Shown: positions 49,730 through 58,608 of the stretch, in pieces
How positions within the stretch are numbered: the first letter of the stretch is position 1
How the letters are laid out: every line of letters starts with the position of its first letter
Source: a virus
Taxonomy: Duplodnaviria > Caudoviricetes
IMG/VR virus record: IMGVR_UViG_3300025767_000018
Span: 1 to 59,097 of that record
Strand: one strand, 5' to 3'
Length of the DNA: 59,097 nucleotides
Notes under the pieces: model-generated
The model's database searches: none
What the model was told of the DNA's origin: nothing
Seen by the model: only the letters and a program-made list of their open reading frames with translations
Made by a program: the position numbers and the translations under genes

Positions 49730-49736
49730 ATAAATA
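49729..49736 (+). promoter_or_regulatory. Late promoter-like GATAAATA
   Basis: TAAATA core upstream of the AAGGA SD of 49766. Confidence 0.6.
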
Positions 49737-49765
49737 ACTTTAATATAATTAAGGATTAGTCACGA

Positions 49766-50971
49766 ATGAAAGTACATCACATATTATCTGAAACATTAGA
49801 CGTAAAGCAAATTGACGGTATGTGGAGAGTATTTGATACTGTTAAAAATGCTGTTGTAGGTGATATTGGATTTGCAACGGCTGGCGAAGCTGAGGCTGAA
49901 CGAGATAGAGTCAGGGCCCGACCAGCAGCGGATACAGGTGCTAACAATAGAGCTAATACTCCTTCTCAAAATTCATTCTCTGCTGGTGCTCGGCCTGGAA
50001 CTCCTAACTCTAGTCAACTAACTAGGGGAGAGCAACGTAAACTTTCTAGATCTGGTAGTATTACTCGCGGCGGTGTTACCTATACTCGAGCAAACATTGC
50101 TGCTGCTGATGCTGAGCTTAAACTTAAAGTTGAGCCTGGATCTTTTGACAACAACAAACCTAATAGTAGTAAAAAAATAAATGATGACTGGCTTTCTAAA
50201 GCTAAAGAAGGTGCTGCAAAATCCTTTAAAAGTAAAGCATTTCAAAGTTTTGGAGGACTTCTTAAAGGCACTGCACTAACAAAAATACAAGCTATTTTTA
50301 ATGCTATGGTACTTGAAGAAACATTAGACGCATACTTACGAGCTGTTAGAGAATGGGGCACAAGTTTAAATGCAAACGATTCTGCTGGAGTAGCAAATTT
50401 TCAAAAAGCTGAAGCTGGAGATAAAAGTGCTGTGCTACCACCTAAGGTACAGGCTGCATATGTAGAATCAGTAAGACGATCTACTGAGCTCTTTATTGAA
50501 GGTATAGTAGGTCTTGTACTGACTTTGGGTCTTGCAGCAATACCAATAATTGGATTTTTTGGGTTAGGCACAGGCGGCCTTGGCTGGATTGCTAGTCTTA
50601 TTGCAGGTGGTGCACTTGTTTGGGGCGGCTCTACGTTAGTATACGAAATTCTAAGAAAAACCGGAGTAACTAATTCTATATCTAAATGGATTGGTAGTGA
50701 ATTTTTAGATCCGCCATATGTAATAACATTAGCATTAGGCGTAGATGGCTTTCAAGATCAACTAGGAGCAAAATTAGATATGTTTAGTAATGGCACTCTT
50801 GGACAGTTTGTTAGAGATGACGAATCTATTGAAGAATCAAATTCTCTAGGAGATTTTAAAGTTGACTCAGCTGTAGCAGATGAAGCAATTAAAGATTTTA
50901 TCAAATCTGATCCTAAATTAATAAAAGCATTTAGAGATGGTAAGAAAAAACTAGCTGCTAAAACAGATTAA
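49766..50971 (+). CDS. Hypothetical late protein with hydrophobic Gly-rich hairpin; possible internal head/ejection protein
   Basis: MKVHHILSE N-terminus; GIVGLVLTLGLAAIPIIGFFGLGTGGLGWIASLIAGGALVWGG segment. Confidence 0.6.
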   Translation: MKVHHILSETLDVKQIDGMWRVFDTVKNAVVGDIGFATAGEAEAERDRVRARPAADTGANNRANTPSQNSFSAGARPGTPNSSQLTRGEQRKLSRSGSITRGGVTYTRANIAAADAELKLKVEPGSFDNNKPNSSKKINDDWLSKAKEGAAKSFKSKAFQSFGGLLKGTALTKIQAIFNAMVLEETLDAYLRAVREWGTSLNANDSAGVANFQKAEAGDKSAVLPPKVQAAYVESVRRSTELFIEGIVGLVLTLGLAAIPIIGFFGLGTGGLGWIASLIAGGALVWGGSTLVYEILRKTGVTNSISKWIGSEFLDPPYVITLALGVDGFQDQLGAKLDMFSNGTLGQFVRDDESIEESNSLGDFKVDSAVADEAIKDFIKSDPKLIKAFRDGKKKLAAKTD

Positions 50972-50973
50972 AT

Positions 50974-51228
50974 TTATAATAACGGCAATCTAGTTTTTTC
51001 AGTAGTTTCAATATTGTCTTTAATAATTCTATTAAAAATTTCAAGATCATCATGGCTTATGTGATACATTAAGTCAATATAATTTATTGATCCACGCATA
51101 TACCATCCAATACGATACCTATCGTCTTTAATTTGTTTTATTTGTAGTTCGTATTGATCAACTAATTCTAATAGATCAGATTCCGGGAGTGTAAGAATCT
51201 GAGTCCGAAAAAATTTGAATAGTCCAAT
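50974..51228 (-). CDS. Unannotated -1 frame ORF, probable frameshift extension of 51168-52034
   Basis: Open frame ...FFRTQILTLPESDLLELVDQYELQIKQIKDDRYRIGWYMRGSINY...ETTEKTRLPLL*; no ATG/GTG/TTG before the internal Met; slippery A-AAT-TTT-TTC at 51216-51207. Confidence 0.7.
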   Translation of the reverse strand: MGLFKFFRTQILTLPESDLLELVDQYELQIKQIKDDRYRIGWYMRGSINYIDLMYHISHDDLEIFNRIIKDNIETTEKTRLPLL

Positions 51229-52034
51229 TCAACATTTGATCTATAATCGTGATTGCACTCTTCGTCTGAGCATGATACATCAATAGTAGGAGTGCGCCAC
51301 CGGTTGCTCAACTCGTATATATTATCTTTAAGTTTGTTATAGAACACACTATCATTTTGAGCAACGAAGTTTGATATTTCGTCTATGTTAGTTTCTTCAC
51401 TGATTTCATTTTTAACAGATTCAATATATGATATAGCAACTCTAAGATTTAGATTGTTTATTTGCGAATAAGAATTTTTACTATTTTTATTTTTTTCTTC
51501 GTCAGTCATATCGTTATTTCTTCCTATTTCGATTAACTGTCTTTCAAACGAATAATTTTCTATACTAAAGTTTGTCATTTGTCTATAAGTTAACGGTTTT
51601 AAATTAAATTTCAAGTCGTTAACTTCAAAACTATGAGCTGTTTCAAACGTTTCGTATTTTTGTATCATTCGAGTAAGACTTAGCGAACTTTGTGTTTCTG
51701 TATCGCATTTACTGCATTTAGTAGTAATTGGCATTTCGTCTCCGTAAGTAGCAATACGAATTGCAATTAGTACGTAGTCGATATCAAACCCAACAAGATT
51801 CCATGGATCTAATATTGAAGGAATACAACTTTTTATAACTTGTGCTGTTGACTCGCCAGTAAATAGTGCATCTGGAGTTTTAAACATAATTTCGTCCATT
51901 GCATTCATACCGAATACAGGAACTTGAACATACTGTTCATCTTCTATAATTGTTGAGTTATAATATTTTCCCTTGCTAGGTAAATCTATAAACAACTTAG
52001 GCTGTCGTTGATATTGTTGTAGAAAACTGCTCAT
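51168..52034 (-). CDS. Baseplate hub/tail assembly chaperone (T4 gp26-like)
   Basis: FIDLPSKG, MNAMDEIMFK, DIDYVLIAIRIATYG, CSKC and C-x4-C Zn pairs, ends LDYSNFF; adjacent to the tape measure gene. Confidence 0.75.
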   Translation of the reverse strand: MSSFLQQYQRQPKLFIDLPSKGKYYNSTIIEDEQYVQVPVFGMNAMDEIMFKTPDALFTGESTAQVIKSCIPSILDPWNLVGFDIDYVLIAIRIATYGDEMPITTKCSKCDTETQSSLSLTRMIQKYETFETAHSFEVNDLKFNLKPLTYRQMTNFSIENYSFERQLIEIGRNNDMTDEEKNKNSKNSYSQINNLNLRVAISYIESVKNEISEETNIDEISNFVAQNDSVFYNKLKDNIYELSNRWRTPTIDVSCSDEECNHDYRSNVELDYSNFFGLRFLHSRNLIY

Positions 52035-52045
52035 ATTATCTTTCC

Positions 52046-52074
52046 GCTAAATATACTTATATACTATATTTATG
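52046..52074. promoter_or_regulatory. Face-to-face late promoter motifs
   Basis: + strand GCTAAATA 52046-52053; - strand CATAAATA 52074-52067 and TATAAGTA 52061-52054. Confidence 0.5.
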
Positions 52075-52110
52075 ATTAATAATATAGGTAGTTTTTAAAT
52101 TGGAATTAAA

Positions 52111-54204
52111 ATGGCAGACGAAGTAGTTTTATCGCAAACAAGTATTAATCAGTTAGTTGATGCCCTAAAATCTGTTGGTAACAACGCTCCTCGTAATAAT
52201 ACTACACCCGGCAACAGTAGAAATACAAATTTTAATACTAAAGAAGTTGGCGAAGCTTATACAAGTCTTACTGGATTTATTGCAGCAGCTGGCGGAGATG
52301 TAACTAGTTTTGCTAAAGCAATGGGCGGCGGAGCCCTTGGTATAAAATTATTCTCTGGTATTATAGAAAACAGTGCTGGATATATAGAAGGCCTTAACAA
52401 TACATTTCAAAATCTTTCTAAAGTTGGAGCAGGCTTTAATGGTGACTTAGGAGCACTTGCAGCTGCAGCATCAAATACACGTATGCAAGTTGGCGAATTT
52501 GCAGATGTTGTTGGCACAAATGCAAAAGATTTAGCCGGTCTTGGCGCAGGTGTTAATCAGGGAGCAAAGCGTTTTTCAGAATTGTCTAGAGCAATGTTTG
52601 AAGATGGTCAAGTTATTGAAGGCATGCTCAATTTAGGGTATAATATACGAGAATCTAACGAAGCATTATTAGATAACGCAACATTGTTATCAAGACAACA
52701 GCGACTAACTGGAATGAGTGACAATGAAGTTGCTCAAGCTACGCTATCAATGGCTGCAAATATGGCAGAGATAGCTGAAATAACTGGCAAAAGTGCTAAA
52801 CAGCAGCGCGAAGAGCTAATTGATGCTAATAGAGATGGTAAAAACATTGCTGCAAATAGAGCACTAGAAGCACAAGGTATCAAAGATGCTTCTCAGACAT
52901 TTAATCAAGTATTTACGGCGTTAGGTGAACTAGGTCCTACTGCGCAAGCATATGCGCAAGATATGAACCAAGCTAGAGCACCGTTGTCAAAACTTACGCA
53001 GAACTTTGAAACAATTGCACCTCAGACTGCTGCAATTATTAAAGAAATGGATGCTGTAAGAAAATCAAATTTAACAACAGCTGAAAAGACTGCAAGGATA
53101 AGCGCATTAGAAGCACGAGCACGAGCAACATACGCAACAGAAATGAAAAGTTCTCAGGTATTAGCTGCTGCTAGACTTGGTCAAATTAATGAACGTGGTG
53201 CAACGGCTGCTGACATGCTGTCAGAGTTTAATCCTTCTTTACAAGCTATTGAAGCAGTTCAAGCAGAAATGGCCAAAGAACGTGCAGAAGCATCTGGTCA
53301 AGAATATACAGGTGGATACGGCGATGTTACAATGGCAGAAGCTGAAACAGCATTGCGCCAATCTATTGCTGATCGTGTTAACGCTCAAACAGGTGGCGGA
53401 GATAATGAACAAGCTGTTTCAAGAGAAATTAATCTTGCAACTATAGGATTAGCAAATACTGCTGCTAGTGTTAATCAAGAAATAGGAAGAAATTTAAGTG
53501 CTAATACAAAATTACAAGACGCTGTAGCAGCAGCATATCGAGGGTTAGTTAAAAGTTCGGGGGTAATTGCAGCAACAGCAGAAAAGGCACTGGGTGTGTT
53601 ACCTGGAACAGTTGATGATGAAAAAATATCATTAAATCCATTTAGAGAAGTATTTAAAGAATCTTCCTTTGCTAACGGTGCATTACGGACAAACATAGAT
53701 AATTTTGATGACATTGCTGGTGTTATGTCTTCTCAAACTAAAGAAGATATTCGTAATATGTTTAATGACCCGCCTGGTAAAGCACTTGGTGGAAGTGTAA
53801 CAGCTAACAGCCCATATCGAGTAGGAGAATATGGCGAAGAAACTTTTGTGCCTGGAATGGATGGTGCAATTATACCAAACATGAAAACGGCCCTAAACAG
53901 AATGCCAGACATAGCTAAACAATTAAAGCAAGAAATGGAACAATTCGGCGCACCAATAACGAAAGCAGCAAAAGCAGCAGCTGCTGTTAGTGGTCAAGAA
54001 TCTAAAAAGCTTGAATCTATGAAGACAGCAATGACAAATTTGAAGAGTGACGATATTAGCGCATTAATACAACATACTCAAACCACTAACGAGCTTTTAA
54101 CACGTTTACTTGGGGTAAATACTACACAAATGCGTGTAGGCGAAAAACAATTAAAAAGTTCTAGGGGCGCAGGAAACTTAATGACAGGACTAGGTAGAGC
54201 ATGA
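52111..54204 (+). CDS. Tail tape measure protein
   Basis: Ala/Gly/Gln-rich helical protein; C-terminal KALGGSV..PYRVGEYGEETFVP..DGAIIPN motif typical of tape measures. Confidence 0.75.
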   Translation: MADEVVLSQTSINQLVDALKSVGNNAPRNNTTPGNSRNTNFNTKEVGEAYTSLTGFIAAAGGDVTSFAKAMGGGALGIKLFSGIIENSAGYIEGLNNTFQNLSKVGAGFNGDLGALAAAASNTRMQVGEFADVVGTNAKDLAGLGAGVNQGAKRFSELSRAMFEDGQVIEGMLNLGYNIRESNEALLDNATLLSRQQRLTGMSDNEVAQATLSMAANMAEIAEITGKSAKQQREELIDANRDGKNIAANRALEAQGIKDASQTFNQVFTALGELGPTAQAYAQDMNQARAPLSKLTQNFETIAPQTAAIIKEMDAVRKSNLTTAEKTARISALEARARATYATEMKSSQVLAAARLGQINERGATAADMLSEFNPSLQAIEAVQAEMAKERAEASGQEYTGGYGDVTMAEAETALRQSIADRVNAQTGGGDNEQAVSREINLATIGLANTAASVNQEIGRNLSANTKLQDAVAAAYRGLVKSSGVIAATAEKALGVLPGTVDDEKISLNPFREVFKESSFANGALRTNIDNFDDIAGVMSSQTKEDIRNMFNDPPGKALGGSVTANSPYRVGEYGEETFVPGMDGAIIPNMKTALNRMPDIAKQLKQEMEQFGAPITKAAKAAAAVSGQESKKLESMKTAMTNLKSDDISALIQHTQTTNELLTRLLGVNTTQMRVGEKQLKSSRGAGNLMTGLGRA

Positions 54205-55949
54205 GCTGGAAAAAACATTTTACACCTGTACAAACAGGCGACAACCCAAATGGAAGTTATAGTCCAATAAGCGGTTCGGCATCTGCCGGTCGTCCAGGAC
54301 CTGCACGTTCTAACTATTCAAGTTACTTGCCTGATGTGTATGTAGGTTCGCCAAACAGAGTTGAACGCTACGGACAATATAACACAATGGACCAAGACAG
54401 TGAAGTAAATGCTGCTCTTGATATTCTTGCTGAATTTTGCACACAAAAGAATAAACAAAACGGAACCAACTTTAAATTTGCATTTAATAAAAGTGCAACA
54501 AATAATGAAATTAATATTTTAGGCCAATATTTAAAACAATGGTGTAAAATAAATAATTTTGAAACAAGAATGTTTAGAACATTCCGTAATATATTTAAAT
54601 TCGGCGATGCAATATTTTTAAGAGACCCGGAAACAAAAAAATTGTTTCATGTTGATCCTGCAAAGCTAACACGTATTATTGTTAATGAAAGCGAAGGCAA
54701 AATACCAGAGCAATATATCATCAAAGATATAAACTTTAACTTTACTGAAATGGTTGCTACTACTCCGCATATTACTAACGGTAACATGGGCACGCCTGGA
54801 GCAAATTATCAAACTGGCGGCGCTCGCGGAATGACCGGCGGCGTTGCTGGCCAAAGTGGTTCGCGATTTAACGTTCAAGACGGAGAAGTTGCAATTGATG
54901 CAGATCATGTAGTTCATTTAAGTCTAAGTGAAGGTTTAGATAATAACTATCCGTTTGGTAATAGTTTACTAGAAACAATATTTAAGGTATTCAAACAAAA
55001 AGAATTACTCGAAGATGCTATTATCATTTATCGTGTACAACGTGCTCCAGAGCGCAGAGTATTCTACGTTGATGTGGGTAACATGCCATCACACCTTGCG
55101 ATGCAATTTGTTGAGCGTGTTAAAACGGAAATACATCAAAGACGTATCCCATCGTCAACAGGAGGCGGAACTAATGTCATAGACAGTTCATACAATCCCT
55201 TGTCAATCAACGAAGATTACTTCTTTCCACAAACTGCTGAAGGACGTGGATCAAAAGTTGAAACATTACCAGGCGGTACTAACCTTGGAGAAATTGATGA
55301 CCTTAGATATTTTACTAATAAGCTCGTACGCGGTTTACGAATACCTTCCAGCTATTTGCCTACGGGTGCTGATGATGGAGCAAGTTCATTCCAAGATGGA
55401 AGAGTCGGTACTGCTTACATACAAGAACTAAGATTTAATACGTACTGTGAACGTTTACAAGGTTTAATTGTAGAAGATTTTAATCAAGAGTTTAAACGTT
55501 ACTTGTTAGAAAAAGGTGTAAACATTGATACAGCAATGTTTGATTTAGAATTTGAAACACCACAAAACTTTGCAAGTTATCGACAAGCAGAACTTGATAA
55601 TGCTCGTGTTCCGACATATACACAGATGAGTGCTATTCCTTATATTTCTAATCGCTTTGCAATGAAACGTTTCTTAGGCATGAGCGAAGAAGAAATTGCA
55701 GAAAACGAACGTTTGTGGAAAGAGGAAAATGACGAAGAACTTAATAATGGCGGCGAAGACGCAAGTGCAGAAATGCGCAGCGCTGGTATTAGTAGTGCAG
55801 GCATCAGTGCAGACATTGATGGCGCCGAAGATATTTTACCCGATGACAGCGAACCTGAAATAGGTGGTGATACAGCTCCACCAGAAACAGTAACAACTGC
55901 AGAACCTGGCGGAGCTGCTCCTGCAGCATCTACAGCACAAACGATATAA
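54201..55949 (+). CDS. gp20: Portal vertex protein gp20
   Basis: LLEDAIIIYRVQRAPERRVFYVDVGNMP, EDYFFP, GSKVETLPGG.NLGEIDD, LRIPSSYL. Confidence 0.97.
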   Translation: MSWKKHFTPVQTGDNPNGSYSPISGSASAGRPGPARSNYSSYLPDVYVGSPNRVERYGQYNTMDQDSEVNAALDILAEFCTQKNKQNGTNFKFAFNKSATNNEINILGQYLKQWCKINNFETRMFRTFRNIFKFGDAIFLRDPETKKLFHVDPAKLTRIIVNESEGKIPEQYIIKDINFNFTEMVATTPHITNGNMGTPGANYQTGGARGMTGGVAGQSGSRFNVQDGEVAIDADHVVHLSLSEGLDNNYPFGNSLLETIFKVFKQKELLEDAIIIYRVQRAPERRVFYVDVGNMPSHLAMQFVERVKTEIHQRRIPSSTGGGTNVIDSSYNPLSINEDYFFPQTAEGRGSKVETLPGGTNLGEIDDLRYFTNKLVRGLRIPSSYLPTGADDGASSFQDGRVGTAYIQELRFNTYCERLQGLIVEDFNQEFKRYLLEKGVNIDTAMFDLEFETPQNFASYRQAELDNARVPTYTQMSAIPYISNRFAMKRFLGMSEEEIAENERLWKEENDEELNNGGEDASAEMRSAGISSAGISADIDGAEDILPDDSEPEIGGDTAPPETVTTAEPGGAAPAASTAQTI

Positions 55950-55952
55950 ATA
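55945..55952 (+). promoter_or_regulatory. T4-type late promoter TATAAATA, 4 nt before ATG
   Basis: Exact consensus overlapping the portal stop codon, followed by CAAT-ATG. Confidence 0.7.
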
Positions 55953-55956
55953 CAAT

Positions 55957-56205
55957 ATGATATTACGAGAACTATTTTATTTTGATAAAGAAACAATTGA
56001 GTCTACTGAAGATGATCGATATGATCCTCAGTATGACGATAGTGTTGTTAAGATGAAAGACAGTCGCAAAACACGTCTTACTCTACGCCAAATTAACCGC
56101 GCAAGGAAAGCTAGTGAGCTACATACAACTGAGAAGGCTACCGAGTTAGACTTTGTTAGACAGATGTATGGAATAGCAGCACAAGCAGCCGCTGCCGGGG
56201 TATAA
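55957..56205 (+). CDS. Small head-module hypothetical protein (82 aa)
   Basis: ORF after the portal gene with its own late promoter; RKTRLTLRQINRARK. Confidence 0.7.
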   Translation: MILRELFYFDKETIESTEDDRYDPQYDDSVVKMKDSRKTRLTLRQINRARKASELHTTEKATELDFVRQMYGIAAQAAAAGV

Positions 56206-56927
56206 TGGCAAAAATAGATAAAACTCAATATACAAAAGAAGAATGGCATAAAATAAGAGATCAACGCCGCCTTGAAAAACTTAAAGAAGAAATCAAGATC
56301 GACGTTATATCTCCTAAAAAAATTAATAATCCTACAACTACTAACACAGCATTTGTATTAGGTAATGGTACAAGCAGAAGTACCATTGATGTTAATCAAA
56401 TATCGTTGTATGGTAAAACATATGGGTGTAATGCACTTTATAGATCATTCTCACCAGATTACTTAATTGCTGTTGATGTTAAAATGGTTTTAGAAATAAA
56501 TAAATCTGGTTATCAACACAAAAATATAGTTTGGACAAATCCTAATAAGACTTACCAAAAAATGTCAAATTTAAATTACTTTCAGCCAAGCAAAGGTTGG
56601 AGTAGTGGACCAACAGCATTATGGTTAGCTAGTCAACATAATTACGAAAAAATATTTATATTAGGATTTGACTATAAAGGATTAGATTCTGGAAACCGAC
56701 TTAATAATATATATGCTGACACAGTAAATTACAAAAAATCAACAGACGGCGCTACATTTTTTGGAAACTGGTTAAGGCAAACAGCAAGTGTAATTAAAGA
56801 ACATCCTAAAATTATGTATTATAGAGTTATATCGCCAGATAATTATTGTCCAGAAGAACTAAATAGATTTAGTAACGTAAAAGACATTTATATTGAAGAT
56901 TTTAAAAAAATGTTCAATATTTCCTAA
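56205..56927 (+). CDS. Maf/DUF115 or sialyltransferase-like nucleotide-sugar transferase fold protein
   Basis: FVLGNGTSR, YGCNALY, PDYLIAVD, SSGPTALWLA, IFILGFDY. Confidence 0.65.
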   Translation: MAKIDKTQYTKEEWHKIRDQRRLEKLKEEIKIDVISPKKINNPTTTNTAFVLGNGTSRSTIDVNQISLYGKTYGCNALYRSFSPDYLIAVDVKMVLEINKSGYQHKNIVWTNPNKTYQKMSNLNYFQPSKGWSSGPTALWLASQHNYEKIFILGFDYKGLDSGNRLNNIYADTVNYKKSTDGATFFGNWLRQTASVIKEHPKIMYYRVISPDNYCPEELNRFSNVKDIYIEDFKKMFNIS

Positions 56928-56976
56928 CATTAATTCTAAATGGCTCGTTTTGAGCCTATTATCATCCCATATTCTT

Positions 56977-56991
56977 AATAAATAGTAAATA
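56977..56991 (+). promoter_or_regulatory. Tandem late promoter-like motifs (AATAAATA, GTAAATA)
   Basis: Two TAAATA cores ahead of the AGGAG SD of 57040; small GGCTC/GAGCC hairpin at 56942-56956. Confidence 0.6.
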
Positions 56992-57039
56992 CACTTGACA
57001 GCCTTACCATAGGTACAACATTTATTAGGAGAAAAAATA

Positions 57040-57954
57040 ATGGCAGATTTAAACAAATTTGAACAGATGCTTGAAAAACTTGTCAACGAAGACAAGGCAG
57101 GCGCTGAAGAACTATTCCACGAGATTGTAGTAGAGAAATCACGTGACATTTACGAAGGTTTATTAGAAGCAGAACTAGAGGACGACGAAGTTGACGAAGC
57201 AACTGATGAAGAAGTTGATGAGTCAGATGATGAGCTAGACGAAACTGATGACGAAGAAGTTGATGAGTCAGATGATGAGCTAGACGAAGACTTTAACTTA
57301 GACGAGTTTGAAGTTGAAGCAGATCCAATGGACGCTATGATGAGCGACATGGAAGTAGACGGCGGCGACGAAGCACCAGCTATGGATATGGGCGACGAAG
57401 AAGGTGAAGGCGATGTTGAAGATCGTGTTGAAGACCTAGAAGACGCTCTAGAAGAATTAAAAGCAGAATTTGAAGCTATGATGGGTGACAACGACGATGG
57501 CGAAGAAGCTAACGACGATGCAGACGACATGGACATGGATGCAGACGACGATGGCGAAGAAGCTGAAGAAGAAGCAATGGCTTTTGAAACAGCAGACGAA
57601 GAAGTTGAAGAAACAGCAGACGAAGAAGTTGAAGAAACTAAAAAGTCAGCAGGCGAAACAATGCGTGAATACGTAGAAAAAGTAAATGCAACAATGGGCG
57701 ACAACGGTGCAAATACTAAAAGTGCAACAGCTACTCCAAACCACATAGGTGACGGAACTGCTGCAAACTTAGCACAAGGTGCAGATGAAAAAGGCGGCAA
57801 AGCTGATTCAGCTAAAGATATGTCAACTGGCAACGTAAATGTTCCAGGCGGCAAAGCAGCAAAATCAAATACACCAAATGCTAAAGGCCATGGTGCTGAG
57901 AAAAAAGGCGCAGGCGAAACTGCTGATAATAAAAAATCTACTATCGGCAAATAA
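57040..57954 (+). CDS. Highly acidic prohead core/scaffold-like protein (gp67/gp68 position)
   Basis: D/E-rich central region and basic C-terminus; located between portal and prohead protease. Confidence 0.65.
   Translation: MADLNKFEQMLEKLVNEDKAGAEELFHEIVVEKSRDIYEGLLEAELEDDEVDEATDEEVDESDDELDETDDEEVDESDDELDEDFNLDEFEVEADPMDAMMSDMEVDGGDEAPAMDMGDEEGEGDVEDRVEDLEDALEELKAEFEAMMGDNDDGEEANDDADDMDMDADDDGEEAEEEAMAFETADEEVEETADEEVEETKKSAGETMREYVEKVNATMGDNGANTKSATATPNHIGDGTAANLAQGADEKGGKADSAKDMSTGNVNVPGGKAAKSNTPNAKGHGAEKKGAGETADNKKSTIGK
57208..57288 (+). repeat. Two identical 36-bp coding repeats
   Basis: gaagaagttgatgagtcagatgatgagctagacgaa at 57208 and 57253; a separate 24-bp tandem pair lies at 57586-57633. 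Confidence 0.9.
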
Positions 57955-57970
57955 GAGTAAGGAAATCTGA

Positions 57971-58594
57971 ATGTTAAACTTACGAGAACACCTAAGTTTC
58001 GACCAAGCGAAAATTGTCGTTGAGTCTGCTAACGAAGGAAAAGACTTGTACATGAAGGGTATTTGTATACAAGGCGGAGTACGCAACGCTAATCAGCGTG
58101 TGTATCCTGTAAATGAAATTGGCAGGGCTGTCAAAACTCTCAGCGAACAAATCGAGGGTGGATACAGTGTACTCGGAGAAGTTGATCATCCAGAAGGACT
58201 TAATATTAACCTAGATCGCGTAAGCCATATGATCAGCGAATGCTGGATGGATGGCCCAAACGGTTATGGTAAATTAAAAATACTACCAACTCCAATGGGA
58301 AACCTAGTTCGCACCATGCTTGAAAGTGGTGTGAAACTAGGGGTTTCATCAAGGGGATCTGGTAATGTTAGTGAAGACGGTAGCGGCAACGTTAGCGACT
58401 TTGAAATTATAACAGTGGACGTTGTGGCACAACCTAGCGCCCCTGGAGCATATCCTACACCAATCTATGAGCATCTTATGAATGCTCGTGGAGGAATGAA
58501 GGCATATGAATTAGCACAGGCAACAAGGCAAGACCCAAAGGCACAAAAATATCTAAAAGAATCTCTGATTAATATAATCAGTAGACTCCAATAA
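57971..58594 (+). CDS. gp21: Prohead core protease gp21
   Basis: NANQRVYP, LGEVDHP, RVSH, LPTPMG, LGVSSRGSG, DVVAQPSAPGA. Confidence 0.95.
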   Translation: MLNLREHLSFDQAKIVVESANEGKDLYMKGICIQGGVRNANQRVYPVNEIGRAVKTLSEQIEGGYSVLGEVDHPEGLNINLDRVSHMISECWMDGPNGYGKLKILPTPMGNLVRTMLESGVKLGVSSRGSGNVSEDGSGNVSDFEIITVDVVAQPSAPGAYPTPIYEHLMNARGGMKAYELAQATRQDPKAQKYLKESLINIISRLQ

Positions 58595-58608
58595 AAGGAG
58601 AACATAAT

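Noticed and set aside
56942-56956. GGCTC/GAGCC hairpin as intrinsic terminator
   Set aside because: Only a 5-bp stem with no clear U-tract; too weak to call
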